Positions 18,240-26,925 of a DNA stretch of 64,000 nt are shown here, one piece after another. This DNA is from an uncultured Spirochaetia bacterium. Lineage in GTDB: Bacteria; Desulfobacterota_D; UBA1144; Nemesobacterales; Nemesobacteraceae. The notes beneath the pieces are model-generated. The model searched no databases, was not told where the DNA came from, and saw only the letters and a list, made by a program, of their open reading frames with translations. The stretch spans positions 10,154 to 74,153 of the forward strand of contig CAYSDX010000002.1 of the NCBI GenBank assembly GCA_964429945.1. Reading direction: 5' to 3'. Both the position numbers and the translations under genes were made by a program. Positions within the stretch are counted from its first letter, which is position 1; each line of letters begins with the position of its first letter.

Positions 18240-19490
18240 AAGTAGGGAGCCTTACATTACTAGATGTGAACGGATGCGATTGCAGGCAAATCGGGTATAT
18301 ATACGGTGATGATAAAGACTTACAAGTGCCGTGCCAAGCTGACAAAGTCGGGTCATAAAGCGTTATCTCTGGTGTTCGGGATGTGCGCGACACTTTACAA
18401 TGCCTGTCTTGAGGAGCGTATTGACTGCTACAGGAAGACGGGTAAATCCCGTTCATATTACGACCAGTGCAAGGCACTGACCGAAGTGAGAACGGATGAT
18501 CCAGAGTATGCCAATATCAGCGTTCAGGTGTTCCGTGGAGTTGTAGGTCGCATAGACAAGGCATACAAGCGGTTCTTTAAGCATGGTGGTTTCCCGCGAT
18601 TCAAGAGTTCCGGGCGTTGGCGGACAATAGAGATAAACGACCAGTGCTGGCATATGCTGAAGCGTGAGAGGCAGAAGCTTGTTCTCAAGGTAAAGGGGCT
18701 TCCCCGTATCGAAGTAAAGACCGAACGGGAGCTGCCCCCAAACTCATTGCTGAAAGCGATACGAATAACCAGAAAGCCTTTGCGCACGGAAGTCGCATTA
18801 TCTTACGAGTTGCCAACTCCCGAGGCAAAACCAGCCGGCAATCCCGTTGGGATAGACATGGGGATATCGAAGCGTCTTACCTTGAGCAACGGGGAGACCG
18901 TGGAGAAGAGGGAAGTGGACAGGCGGAGGTTAATGCGGCTACAGCGTTCCGTATCTCGCAAGAAGAAAGGAAGCAACAACAGAAGGAAGGCCATTTCGTT
19001 GCTGGCGAGAGAGTGGCAGAGACTTACGGAAAAAGAGAGGAACTATCTCCACAGGCTGACTTCGGAGATAGTAAGGATGTACGACTTTATAGCGGTAGAA
19101 AAACTTGAAACGAAAAAGATGCTTGGCAACAAGCAGTTGGCAAAGAGCATACAGGAACAGACTTGGAGAAAATTTGCTACGCTGCTTAACGAGAAGGCTG
19201 AGAGTGCTGGCGTTACAGTAGTGGCGGTGAACCCCAAGGGGACTTCGCAGGAATGCTCAAGTTGTGGAGCAACAGTAGAGAAATCTCTGTCTGTCCGGAC
19301 GCACAGGTGTAATTGTGGATATGAAGCGGACAGAGACGTAAACGCGGCAATAAATATCCTTCATCGAGGCATCTCGGTTGTGGGTGGGAAACTCAAGCAG
19401 TCCCGCATGGTCGGAAGGATGAGAGAGAAGCAAGACAGCAGTCTTGCTCGGCCAAGAACAGTATATGTCTACCAATGTGTATAAATCCCA
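18240..19490 (+). mobile_element. IS200/IS605-family element remnant carrying tnpB only (no tnpA); ends not mapped
   Basis: It fills the whole ribD-nadD gap. Only 66 bp lie upstream of tnpB, and the tnpB stop overlaps the nadD start. No Y1 transposase ORF is present. Boundaries are approximate. Confidence 0.5.
18306..19484 (+). CDS. tnpB: TnpB (IS200/IS605 OrfB) RNA-guided DNA endonuclease, catalytic residues intact
   Basis: 392 aa with RuvC-I GIDMG, RuvC-II AVEKLE, zinc ribbon CSSC-x14-CNC and RuvC-III DRDVNAAINIL. N-terminus is MIKTYKCRAKL. The start is GTG 18306 or ATG 18309. Confidence 0.9.
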   Translation: MMIKTYKCRAKLTKSGHKALSLVFGMCATLYNACLEERIDCYRKTGKSRSYYDQCKALTEVRTDDPEYANISVQVFRGVVGRIDKAYKRFFKHGGFPRFKSSGRWRTIEINDQCWHMLKRERQKLVLKVKGLPRIEVKTERELPPNSLLKAIRITRKPLRTEVALSYELPTPEAKPAGNPVGIDMGISKRLTLSNGETVEKREVDRRRLMRLQRSVSRKKKGSNNRRKAISLLAREWQRLTEKERNYLHRLTSEIVRMYDFIAVEKLETKKMLGNKQLAKSIQEQTWRKFATLLNEKAESAGVTVVAVNPKGTSQECSSCGATVEKSLSVRTHRCNCGYEADRDVNAAINILHRGISVVGGKLKQSRMVGRMREKQDSSLARPRTVYVYQCV

Positions 19491-19495
19491 AAATA
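19350..19495 (+). ncRNA. Predicted omega-RNA (reRNA) scaffold overlapping the tnpB 3' end
   Basis: Inferred from TnpB biology plus visible structure: a perfect 8-bp hairpin (AGCAAGAC-AGCA-GTCTTGCT, 19429-19448) and an enclosing CCTTC/GAAGG pairing (19358-19362 with 19413-19417). Ends are not defined. Confidence 0.3.
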
Positions 19496-20152
19496 GGTCT
19501 TATGGGCGGTTCGTTCGATCCCGTGCATGCCGGTCACCTGAGGGCCGCTGAAGAGATAAGCGAAAAACTGGGGCTTGACGAAGTGGTTTTCATTCCGGTT
19601 CTTCTCTCTCCTCATAAAAACTCCGAGACCATGACCAACTCCTCCCACAGGCTCAACATGCTTAACCTCTCGATAAAAGCCAATCCTCATTTCAAGATTT
19701 CCGATATGGAACTTCGCAGGGAGCCCCCGTCCTACACTGTCGATACTCTCAGGTCGCTCAACGAAAGCAACCCGGAAGACAGGCATTATTTCATAATGGG
19801 TTCCGAACTTTTCGCCGAGATAGATACGTGGAAAGAGTTCGCGGAGCTTTTTAACTACTCAAGTTTCGTTGTTCTCCGCCGTCCCGGTTACGACGTTCCC
19901 GATTCCGCCAGCCTGATTCCTCTTGCCCTCAAAAATGACTTTCGATATTCTTATAGCGACAAGGGCATGGATGTTTTTACTCACACAAGCTCAAATGAGT
20001 TGTTTTTCGTAGATATCGCCGGCATAAGGGTTTCTTCCACGGAGGTCAGGGAACTCGCGAGCCGGGGTAATTCCCTAAGATATCTGGTAGTGCCTGAAGT
20101 GGAAGAGTACATAGCGGGAAACGGCCTTTACCAGCTGGAGGAAAAACTATAG
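19475..20152 (+). CDS. nadD: Nicotinate-nucleotide adenylyltransferase NadD
   Basis: KIGLMGGSFDPVHAGHL (the (H/T)xGH motif) and a SSTEVR-type C-terminal motif (ISSTEVRE). The ATG at 19475 overlaps the tnpB stop at 19482-19484. Confidence 0.9.
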   Translation: MCINPKIGLMGGSFDPVHAGHLRAAEEISEKLGLDEVVFIPVLLSPHKNSETMTNSSHRLNMLNLSIKANPHFKISDMELRREPPSYTVDTLRSLNESNPEDRHYFIMGSELFAEIDTWKEFAELFNYSSFVVLRRPGYDVPDSASLIPLALKNDFRYSYSDKGMDVFTHTSSNELFFVDIAGIRVSSTEVRELASRGNSLRYLVVPEVEEYIAGNGLYQLEEKL

Positions 20153-20169
20153 AGTCCAGGGAAAAAGCC

Positions 20170-20520
20170 TTGCTTGTCGCCCGCGCCGCTTGGGAGAAAA
20201 AAGCGGAGAATCCCGTCGTATTGGATATTGGGGAAAAAAGTGACGTGGCGGATTATTTCGTCGTGTGCAGCGCTAACTCCGACAGGGGCGTGAAGACCAT
20301 AGTGGAGAGCGTTGAACGGGAGCTTAAAAAACGCGGGATAAAGATATTCGGAACCGAAGGCGTCTCAGAAGGCAGATGGGTGCTGCTTGACCTTGTAGAC
20401 GTTGTTCTCCACGTATTTTATCGGCCCGTACGGGAGTTCTACGATATAGAAGGACTCTGGATCGATACCCCGAGGGTGGACCTGCCTTTCCTTAAGGAAG
20501 GCAGATCCGAGGTTGTCTGA
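20170..20520 (+). CDS. rsfS: Ribosomal silencing factor RsfS (Iojap family)
   Basis: 116 aa with a TTG start. Contains KKAENPVVLDIGEKSDVADYFVVCSANSDRGVKTI and WVLLDLVDVVLHVF. Confidence 0.85.
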   Translation: MLVARAAWEKKAENPVVLDIGEKSDVADYFVVCSANSDRGVKTIVESVERELKKRGIKIFGTEGVSEGRWVLLDLVDVVLHVFYRPVREFYDIEGLWIDTPRVDLPFLKEGRSEVV

Positions 20521-20538
20521 CACCTCTCCGCACACTTC

Positions 20539-21618
20539 TTAACGGGCGGCGATTCTTTCTCTTCTTCTGACGAAAGTCGGTATGTCCAGGTTTTCCTCCA
20601 TATCCGGATTGAACGGCTGCTCCGAGATTATATCGGCCGTCTTTTTATCGATGTAATTCTCTATTCCGGTCGCGACCACCGTGATCCTTACGAAATCCTT
20701 GGCTTTTTCATCAAAGACCAGACCGAAAATCAGATCGATATCGCCGTTTGCTCTTTCCCTTATGTGGCTGCATGCTTCGTTCAGCTCCTCGATCCCGAAA
20801 TCCTCGGAAGCCGTTACGTTCATCAGTATCCCCTTGGCTCCGGCGATGGACACATCCTCGAGAAAAGGGCTTGTTATGGCCATCTGGGCTGCCTGAGTCG
20901 CCCGGTTCGGACCCTGTGCGAATCCGGAGCTCATAAGGGCTTTGCCTCCATGGTTTGCCATTATGCTCTTCACATCGGCAAAATCGACGTTGATGTAACC
21001 GGTTCCCGTAACAATGTCGGAAATTCCCTTTACCGCCTGATAGAGAACTTCATCTGCCTGACGGAAGGCGTCAAGGATGCTGACTTTGTGTATGGCCGCA
21101 AGCTTGTCGTTGGGAATTACGATCAGCGTGTCGACATATTTGTCCAGCTCCTCGATCCCGTAATCGGCATTCTCCCTTCTCGCAACTCCTTCGAATTCGA
21201 AGGGCTTTGTTACTATCGCCACGGTGAGAATGTCCTTCTCCCTGCATGCCTGGGCAATTACGGGAGAGGTGCCTGTTCCCGTTCCGCCTCCCATTCCCGC
21301 GGTTATGAAGACCATGTCGGCTTCCCCTATGACGTCGCTTATCTTGTCACGGTCATCCATGGCGGCCTCCTTCGCGAGCTGGGGATTCCCCCCGGAACCC
21401 AGACCCCTGGATATACTCTCTCCTATCTGGAGTTTCGTCGGGGCCAGAGATTTGGTCAGATCCTGAAAATCCGTGTTCACGGCGACGAACTCCACTTCTT
21501 TAAGTCTCTTGCTTATCATGGTGTTAATGGCGTTTCCGCCCGCCCCACCTGTTCCTAGAACCTTGATTTTCGCTTTGCTGAAGTCCTCTTCAACATGCTC
21601 AAACTCAAAGATTGCCAT
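20539..21618 (-). CDS. ftsZ: Cell division protein FtsZ
   Basis: GTGGAGGNAIN and GMGGGTGTG tubulin signatures. The ATG at 21618 has GGAGGG 8 nt upstream. The ORF-track TTG at 21633 lies inside that RBS. Confidence 0.95.
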   Translation of the reverse strand: MAIFEFEHVEEDFSKAKIKVLGTGGAGGNAINTMISKRLKEVEFVAVNTDFQDLTKSLAPTKLQIGESISRGLGSGGNPQLAKEAAMDDRDKISDVIGEADMVFITAGMGGGTGTGTSPVIAQACREKDILTVAIVTKPFEFEGVARRENADYGIEELDKYVDTLIVIPNDKLAAIHKVSILDAFRQADEVLYQAVKGISDIVTGTGYINVDFADVKSIMANHGGKALMSSGFAQGPNRATQAAQMAITSPFLEDVSIAGAKGILMNVTASEDFGIEELNEACSHIRERANGDIDLIFGLVFDEKAKDFVRITVVATGIENYIDKKTADIISEQPFNPDMEENLDIPTFVRRRERIAAR

Positions 21619-21645
21619 ATGCTTACCCTCCAATTGGATTTTTGC

Positions 21646-22884
21646 TTAAAAAAATTCGTTAAACCAGCCTTTCATTCTTGCAAAAACATTTTTCTGTCTC
21701 AAAATTCCTGCCGCGACGTCAGGGTCCTCGTTCAAACTGGCGTATTTGACCAGTCCCACTCCGGTCGAGTATATCGGGTCGGTAATAATTTCCTTGAGGC
21801 CTCGGGTGTCGTGGGGTATCCCAATGCGAACCGGCATATCAAGTATCCGCTCGGCAAGAGTCGCCATCTCCCGCATCTTACTGCTTCCGCCCGTTAGCAC
21901 TACTCCGGCTGGGAGCATGCCTGTGAACGACTGCTTTGTGAACTCTTCTTTTATCAGCGTAAAAATTTCCTCCATCCTAAGTTCTATTATCTTCGTAAGA
22001 TCCGTCTTCAGAACACGTTTGGATATGTGTCCCGAAGCGCTTTTTACCTCTATTCTCTCGTCGATCGCCATTTCATCCGGCTTTGCCGTGGCTGCGCCGT
22101 GATTTTCCTTGAGCATTCTCGCTTCCGGAAGCGGTACCGAGAATGCGAATGCTATATCCCTGTCAAGATGGTCTCCTCCAAGGGTAATGCTTTCGGTATA
22201 CTTAACGCTTCCGTTCATAAACACCGCTATGTCGCAAGTGCCTCCTCCGAAATCTATCATTGCCGTCCCGATTTCCTTTTCGTCCTGCGTGAGAACCGCT
22301 TCGCTCGAAGCTATCTGCTCAAGTATCATGTCGGCGGAAGCCATTCCGGACATTTCTATGCACTTTATAATATTACGGGCCGCGGTCACGTCCCCCGTGA
22401 CTATATGAACATCCGCCTCAAGCTTTAAGCCGTGGATTCCAACCGGATCTTTTATGCCGCTTTCCCTGTCAACCCTGTAATCTCGCACTATAGCGTGAAT
22501 AATTTCCCTTTCTGCTGGAATCAGAAGTGCGTTTGCCGATTCGATCACTCTTTCGATATCCTTGGGAGTTACTTCCTTATCCCGCAGGGTAACCATACCG
22601 TGGCCATTCATTCCCTTTATGTGCCCGCCGGCGATTCCTACCATGACTTTCTCTATTCTGTGTCCAGACATGCGTTCAGCTTTCTCAACCGCTTTTTGTA
22701 TGGAGTCCACGGTCTGTTCTATGTTGACTACTACTCCTCTTTTAAGTCCTCGGGACGGATGGTTGCCGACGCCAATTATTTCAATCTCGCCGTCTAGGTC
22801 AAGCTCTCCCACGACTACGGAGACTTTCGTCGTTCCTATGTCAAGACCAACTATCGGCAGCGAACTGTTTTTTCTATTCGTCAT
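21646..22884 (-). CDS. ftsA: Cell division protein FtsA
   Basis: 412 aa, actin-like ATPase (VGLDIGTTKVSVVV, IDFGGGTCDIAVF, LTGGSS). Confidence 0.95.
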   Translation of the reverse strand: MTNRKNSSLPIVGLDIGTTKVSVVVGELDLDGEIEIIGVGNHPSRGLKRGVVVNIEQTVDSIQKAVEKAERMSGHRIEKVMVGIAGGHIKGMNGHGMVTLRDKEVTPKDIERVIESANALLIPAEREIIHAIVRDYRVDRESGIKDPVGIHGLKLEADVHIVTGDVTAARNIIKCIEMSGMASADMILEQIASSEAVLTQDEKEIGTAMIDFGGGTCDIAVFMNGSVKYTESITLGGDHLDRDIAFAFSVPLPEARMLKENHGAATAKPDEMAIDERIEVKSASGHISKRVLKTDLTKIIELRMEEIFTLIKEEFTKQSFTGMLPAGVVLTGGSSKMREMATLAERILDMPVRIGIPHDTRGLKEIITDPIYSTGVGLVKYASLNEDPDVAAGILRQKNVFARMKGWFNEFF

Positions 22885-22894
22885 CTTCGCAATA

Positions 22895-23596
22895 TTATGA
22901 GTCGTAACCGATCAGACCTACCTCGCCTGAGCTTATATCTATGTATTTTTCTACGAGGTTTTTCTTGCGGGCATGAACTATTATCCTCTCAATCTTGCGC
23001 CACTTGCTTGTCATGTTGTTTTTTCCGAAGTTTATAAACCTTCGATCCATCGTCAGAAGCTTGATTCCGAAGTTCTCCTCCACAACTATTCTCGAAATTT
23101 CCGACCACTCAAGAATCGAGCTTGACTTGGAAAGATCTAGAATCTCGATTGCCTGGAGCAGCAGGTCCTGGCTTATCTTCTCTTCTCCCGAGACCAGCGG
23201 CAAATTGGAAGCCTGAGACATCTCTGCGACTCCAAGCCTCTTTCCTTTTCTGTTTACATAATAAGGCTTTTCCCCCTCCGGGATGACCACGCAAAAGGGT
23301 TCGTTCTCGGAAATCTTTATCACTATCTTTCCGTGAAGAAATTTTTTCACGGAGATGTCGCCTATCCATGGGTTTTCCAATATTCTCTTTCTCACCCCGG
23401 AAGATGAAAACAGCATTGAGGTGGACCCTGCTTTTATATCGGAGCGTTCTACTATTTCTGATATATTTATCCTATCGTTTCCAGAGATTACAATTTCCTT
23501 TACCGTAAGATGTTTTGACGGCTGAACTGCAGAAAGCGCGATCCCGCAAATGGAGAAGAACAGAACTATTTTCAGTCCCTTGGTCAAAATCTTCAT
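22895..23596 (-). CDS. ftsQ: Cell division protein FtsQ (POTRA domain)
   Basis: 233 aa, N-terminal TM segment, POTRA-like VKEIVISGNDRI. Position is between murB and ftsA. Confidence 0.8.
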   Translation of the reverse strand: MKILTKGLKIVLFFSICGIALSAVQPSKHLTVKEIVISGNDRINISEIVERSDIKAGSTSMLFSSSGVRKRILENPWIGDISVKKFLHGKIVIKISENEPFCVVIPEGEKPYYVNRKGKRLGVAEMSQASNLPLVSGEEKISQDLLLQAIEILDLSKSSSILEWSEISRIVVEENFGIKLLTMDRRFINFGKNNMTSKWRKIERIIVHARKKNLVEKYIDISSGEVGLIGYDS

Positions 23597-24480
23597 CTGA
23601 CTTCAGCCTCCTTTCCCATTATCTCGACCTCGGGTTCGAGCGTTATATTTCTTTTCCTCAAAGCGGTTTCCTTAGCTGTTTTGATGAGCTCTATGATATC
23701 GTCCGCTTTTGCCTTGTTGAAGTTCACGATGAAATTCGCATGGATTTCGGAAAACTTTGCTCCGCCGACGCGGCGTCCTTTGAATCCGAGTCCCTCAAGG
23801 AGTTCCCCGGCGCTGACCGTGGTCGGATTTTTAAAGACCGAACCCGTATTGGCCATTTTAACGGGCTGGGTCCTGTTCCTGTAGGCGAGGTATTGTCTCA
23901 CATTTTCTTCGCTCTTTTTCCTATCTCCTTCACGCAGTTCAAATACGGCTTTTGTCACCACGCAGTCCGCGGGCAGGTTGCTTTTTCTGTATTCGAAGTT
24001 TATTTCCTTCCTTGACATCTCTTTTTCCTTTCCTTTGTGCCATATGTACACTTTTTTCACCGCGTCCTTTATTTCTCCTCCGTTCGCGCCGGCGTTCATG
24101 TATATGCTTCCTCCCACCGTTCCCGGTATGCCCGCGGCGAACTCAAACCCCGTGAGCCCGAGCCTGATCGATTTGTTCATTATGAACGAAAGCATAGCTC
24201 CGCATTCGGCTTCAACGCGCGTGCCGTCTATGCGCACCTCCTTGAGTTTCTTTGTGCTTATCACCACGCCGTCAATTCCCTGCTCGGTTATTATGGTGTT
24301 GGAACCCGCTCCGAGCACGGTGACTTTCTCCCCTTCGTCATGGTAGCGCTTGAGTAGTTGCAAGAAGCTTTTCATGTTCCGCGGATACACGAGACGCTTT
24401 GCTTCGCCGCCGACCTTTATGTACAGGTATTTTCTCATCGGGTAGTTGTCCAGTATGTCAATATCGCTGTTTGGATTCAT
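23593..24480 (-). CDS. murB: UDP-N-acetylenolpyruvoylglucosamine reductase MurB
   Basis: 295 aa with VLGAGSNTII, AGIPGTVGG and GSVFKNP motifs. Confidence 0.9.
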   Translation of the reverse strand: MNPNSDIDILDNYPMRKYLYIKVGGEAKRLVYPRNMKSFLQLLKRYHDEGEKVTVLGAGSNTIITEQGIDGVVISTKKLKEVRIDGTRVEAECGAMLSFIMNKSIRLGLTGFEFAAGIPGTVGGSIYMNAGANGGEIKDAVKKVYIWHKGKEKEMSRKEINFEYRKSNLPADCVVTKAVFELREGDRKKSEENVRQYLAYRNRTQPVKMANTGSVFKNPTTVSAGELLEGLGFKGRRVGGAKFSEIHANFIVNFNKAKADDIIELIKTAKETALRKRNITLEPEVEIMGKEAEVR

Positions 24481-25853
24481 GTCGCTAATCTGATTCGCTG
24501 TGCAATTTCTTCCCCGTACTTCCAGACATTTCCTGCACCCGAGGTAAGCAGGATGTCTCCTTCTTCAAGCTCACTCGCCAGACGGCCCGCAAAATCATCG
24601 GGGTTTTCCACGTAAAGCGCGTTTGCGTTGCCCGTCTTTTTTATGTCTTCGACCAGCTTCTTGGAAGTTATTCCCTCTATCGGTTTTTCGCCGGCGGGAT
24701 ATATGTCGATAACGTATAGGTGTTTTATTTTTGCTAAAACCCTGACGAAATCATCGTAAAGAAGTTTTGTTCTTGAGAATCTGTGGGGCTGGAAGAGTAG
24801 GATCGGTTCCCGGGAAAAAGCCGCTTTAAGAGCTTCTATAGTGACCTCCAGCTCGCTTGGGTGATGCCCGTAATCGTCCACTATCCTTATACCTTTCCCC
24901 TCGCTTTTCAATTCCAGTCTTCTTTCCGTACCGCGGAAATCAGCGAGACCCTCCCTTATCTTCTCGAAACCGAAACCGAATTCCATGCCGACCGCTATTG
25001 CGGCCAGAGAGTTCAAAGCGTTATGGGCACCCAGCGTTTTCAGTTTCACTTCTCCAAGCAGGTGATTTCTGTAAGTTGCTTCAAAAGATGTTCCGCGGTC
25101 CGAGAGCCGTATGTTCCGCGCCATCAGGTCCGCAGGGTTTTTTATTCCGTAAGTCAGTATTTTTCTGTTGAATTTCCTGCTCACTTCAGCCGTTCTCGCG
25201 CAGTCGGCGCATGTTATTGCAAGTCCGTAGAAGGGAATCTTATGAAGAAAGTCCGAAAAGGCCGCCTCGAGGGACTCCATTGTTCCGTAGAAGTCGATGT
25301 GCTCTCTGTCGATATTGGTGAGTACGGTGACAACCGGAGAGAGTTTCTCAAAGGATCCGTCGCTCTCGTCGGCTTCTACGACCATGAACCGGCCGGTTCC
25401 AAGGTGAGCGTTTGAGTTTATGGTCCGTAGCTTTCCCCCGACTACTATAGTCGGGTCCGCCCCGCAATGAGAAAGCACCGACGCTATCATGGAGGATGTC
25501 GTGGTTTTCCCGTGACTTCCGGCGACGGCGATGCCGAATTTGAGCCTCATCAGTTCCGCCAGCATCTCCGCCCTAGGTATAAGGGGAATCCTCGCCGCCG
25601 CGGCGGCGATTATCTCCGGGTTATCATCTGGAATCGCCGAGGAGTAAACTACCACTTCGCTTCCCTTTATGTTCTCGGAGTCATGTCCCGTGTGAATGAC
25701 TGCTCCCATGGAAGCTAGCCGCCGGGTTATCTGGGTTTGCGCCATATCGGATCCGCTTACCTCAAGACCCATGTTGATTAGCACTTCCGCTATGCCACTC
25801 ATTCCTATGCCTCCTATGCCTACGAAATGGATTTTCTTGATTTTTCCGTACAT
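24477..25853 (-). CDS. murC: UDP-N-acetylmuramate--L-alanine ligase MurC
   Basis: HFVGIGGIGMSGIAEVL and AVAGSHGKTTTSSM, Mur ligase architecture. Confidence 0.95.
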   Translation of the reverse strand: MYGKIKKIHFVGIGGIGMSGIAEVLINMGLEVSGSDMAQTQITRRLASMGAVIHTGHDSENIKGSEVVVYSSAIPDDNPEIIAAAAARIPLIPRAEMLAELMRLKFGIAVAGSHGKTTTSSMIASVLSHCGADPTIVVGGKLRTINSNAHLGTGRFMVVEADESDGSFEKLSPVVTVLTNIDREHIDFYGTMESLEAAFSDFLHKIPFYGLAITCADCARTAEVSRKFNRKILTYGIKNPADLMARNIRLSDRGTSFEATYRNHLLGEVKLKTLGAHNALNSLAAIAVGMEFGFGFEKIREGLADFRGTERRLELKSEGKGIRIVDDYGHHPSELEVTIEALKAAFSREPILLFQPHRFSRTKLLYDDFVRVLAKIKHLYVIDIYPAGEKPIEGITSKKLVEDIKKTGNANALYVENPDDFAGRLASELEEGDILLTSGAGNVWKYGEEIAQRIRLAT

Positions 25854-25857
25854 TTTC

Positions 25858-26925
25858 TTATCCGATGAGTTGCTCGATCTCGTTTACGATTTCCCGGGCG
25901 GCATGGGGCCGCGCAAGTTTTTTTGAGTTTACAGCCATGCGCTCGAGTTCGCTTTTCTCAAGAATTCTTTCCATGACCGTGCAGAGACCATCGACCGAAA
26001 GTTCTTTTTCCTCAACTACCACCGCCGCGTTGTTTGACTCCAATATCCTGGCGTTTTTTAGCTGATGGTCGTGCGCGGACGCGGCTAGGGGAATGAGTAC
26101 TGACGGTATTCCAAACGCTGTTATCTCCGATAGCGTTCCAGAACCGGCCCTGCAAATCACAAGATCCGTTTTTTCGTAAATCAGGGATATCCTGTCCGTA
26201 AATCCGAACACTTCCGCAGCAATGCCCAGTTTCCGGTAAGTTTCCTTTACGCTCTCTGCATGGATTTCTCCAGTCTGATGGGCCACGTTTACCTCTGTGC
26301 CTAGTTTTCCCAAAGACAGGGGCACGATTTCATTCAGTTTCCGGGCCCCCTGACTTCCTCCGAGTACGAATATGTTTCGCGGGGTGTTTTGACGCGTTCT
26401 TTTCTCCGTTGCGCCGCGGGCAATATCCCGCCTTATGGGGTTTCCTGTGAGCACAGTTTTTCTTGTGGGCAGATGTTCTTTGCTTTCTTCAAAAGTTATG
26501 AATATTTTCGCGACGAATCTTGAGAGGATTCTGTTGGCAAGACCCGGAACAGAGTTCTGTTCGCAAACGGCGGTTGGTATGCGGTTCATGCAGGCGCAAA
26601 GCAGGGTGGGCCCAGATGCATATCCTCCGACTCCTATTACCGCGTCAGGTCTGAATCTTCTGAGTATCTTTAGCGAGCTTGCCATTGCTCCAGGCAGTGA
26701 GGCCGCGGCCTTCGTCATTTCGGAAACGCTTTTTCCAACAAGTCCTCTCAAGTTTATGAATTCAACTGCGTAGCCTTTTTCGGGAAGAATTCTTCTTTCG
26801 ATGCCATGTCTCGTGCCCACGAACAGAACCTCGTTTCCGCCGTTTCTGCCTAGTATCTCCTCGGCGATTGATATTGCGGGGAAAAGATGTCCCCCGGTTC
26901 CTCCTCCTGCTATTATCACTTTCAT
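25858..26925 (-). CDS. murG: Undecaprenyldiphospho-muramoylpentapeptide beta-N-acetylglucosaminyltransferase MurG
   Basis: IAGGGTGGHLFPAISIAEE and GGSQGARKLN motifs. Confidence 0.95.
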   Translation of the reverse strand: MKVIIAGGGTGGHLFPAISIAEEILGRNGGNEVLFVGTRHGIERRILPEKGYAVEFINLRGLVGKSVSEMTKAAASLPGAMASSLKILRRFRPDAVIGVGGYASGPTLLCACMNRIPTAVCEQNSVPGLANRILSRFVAKIFITFEESKEHLPTRKTVLTGNPIRRDIARGATEKRTRQNTPRNIFVLGGSQGARKLNEIVPLSLGKLGTEVNVAHQTGEIHAESVKETYRKLGIAAEVFGFTDRISLIYEKTDLVICRAGSGTLSEITAFGIPSVLIPLAASAHDHQLKNARILESNNAAVVVEEKELSVDGLCTVMERILEKSELERMAVNSKKLARPHAAREIVNEIEQLIG

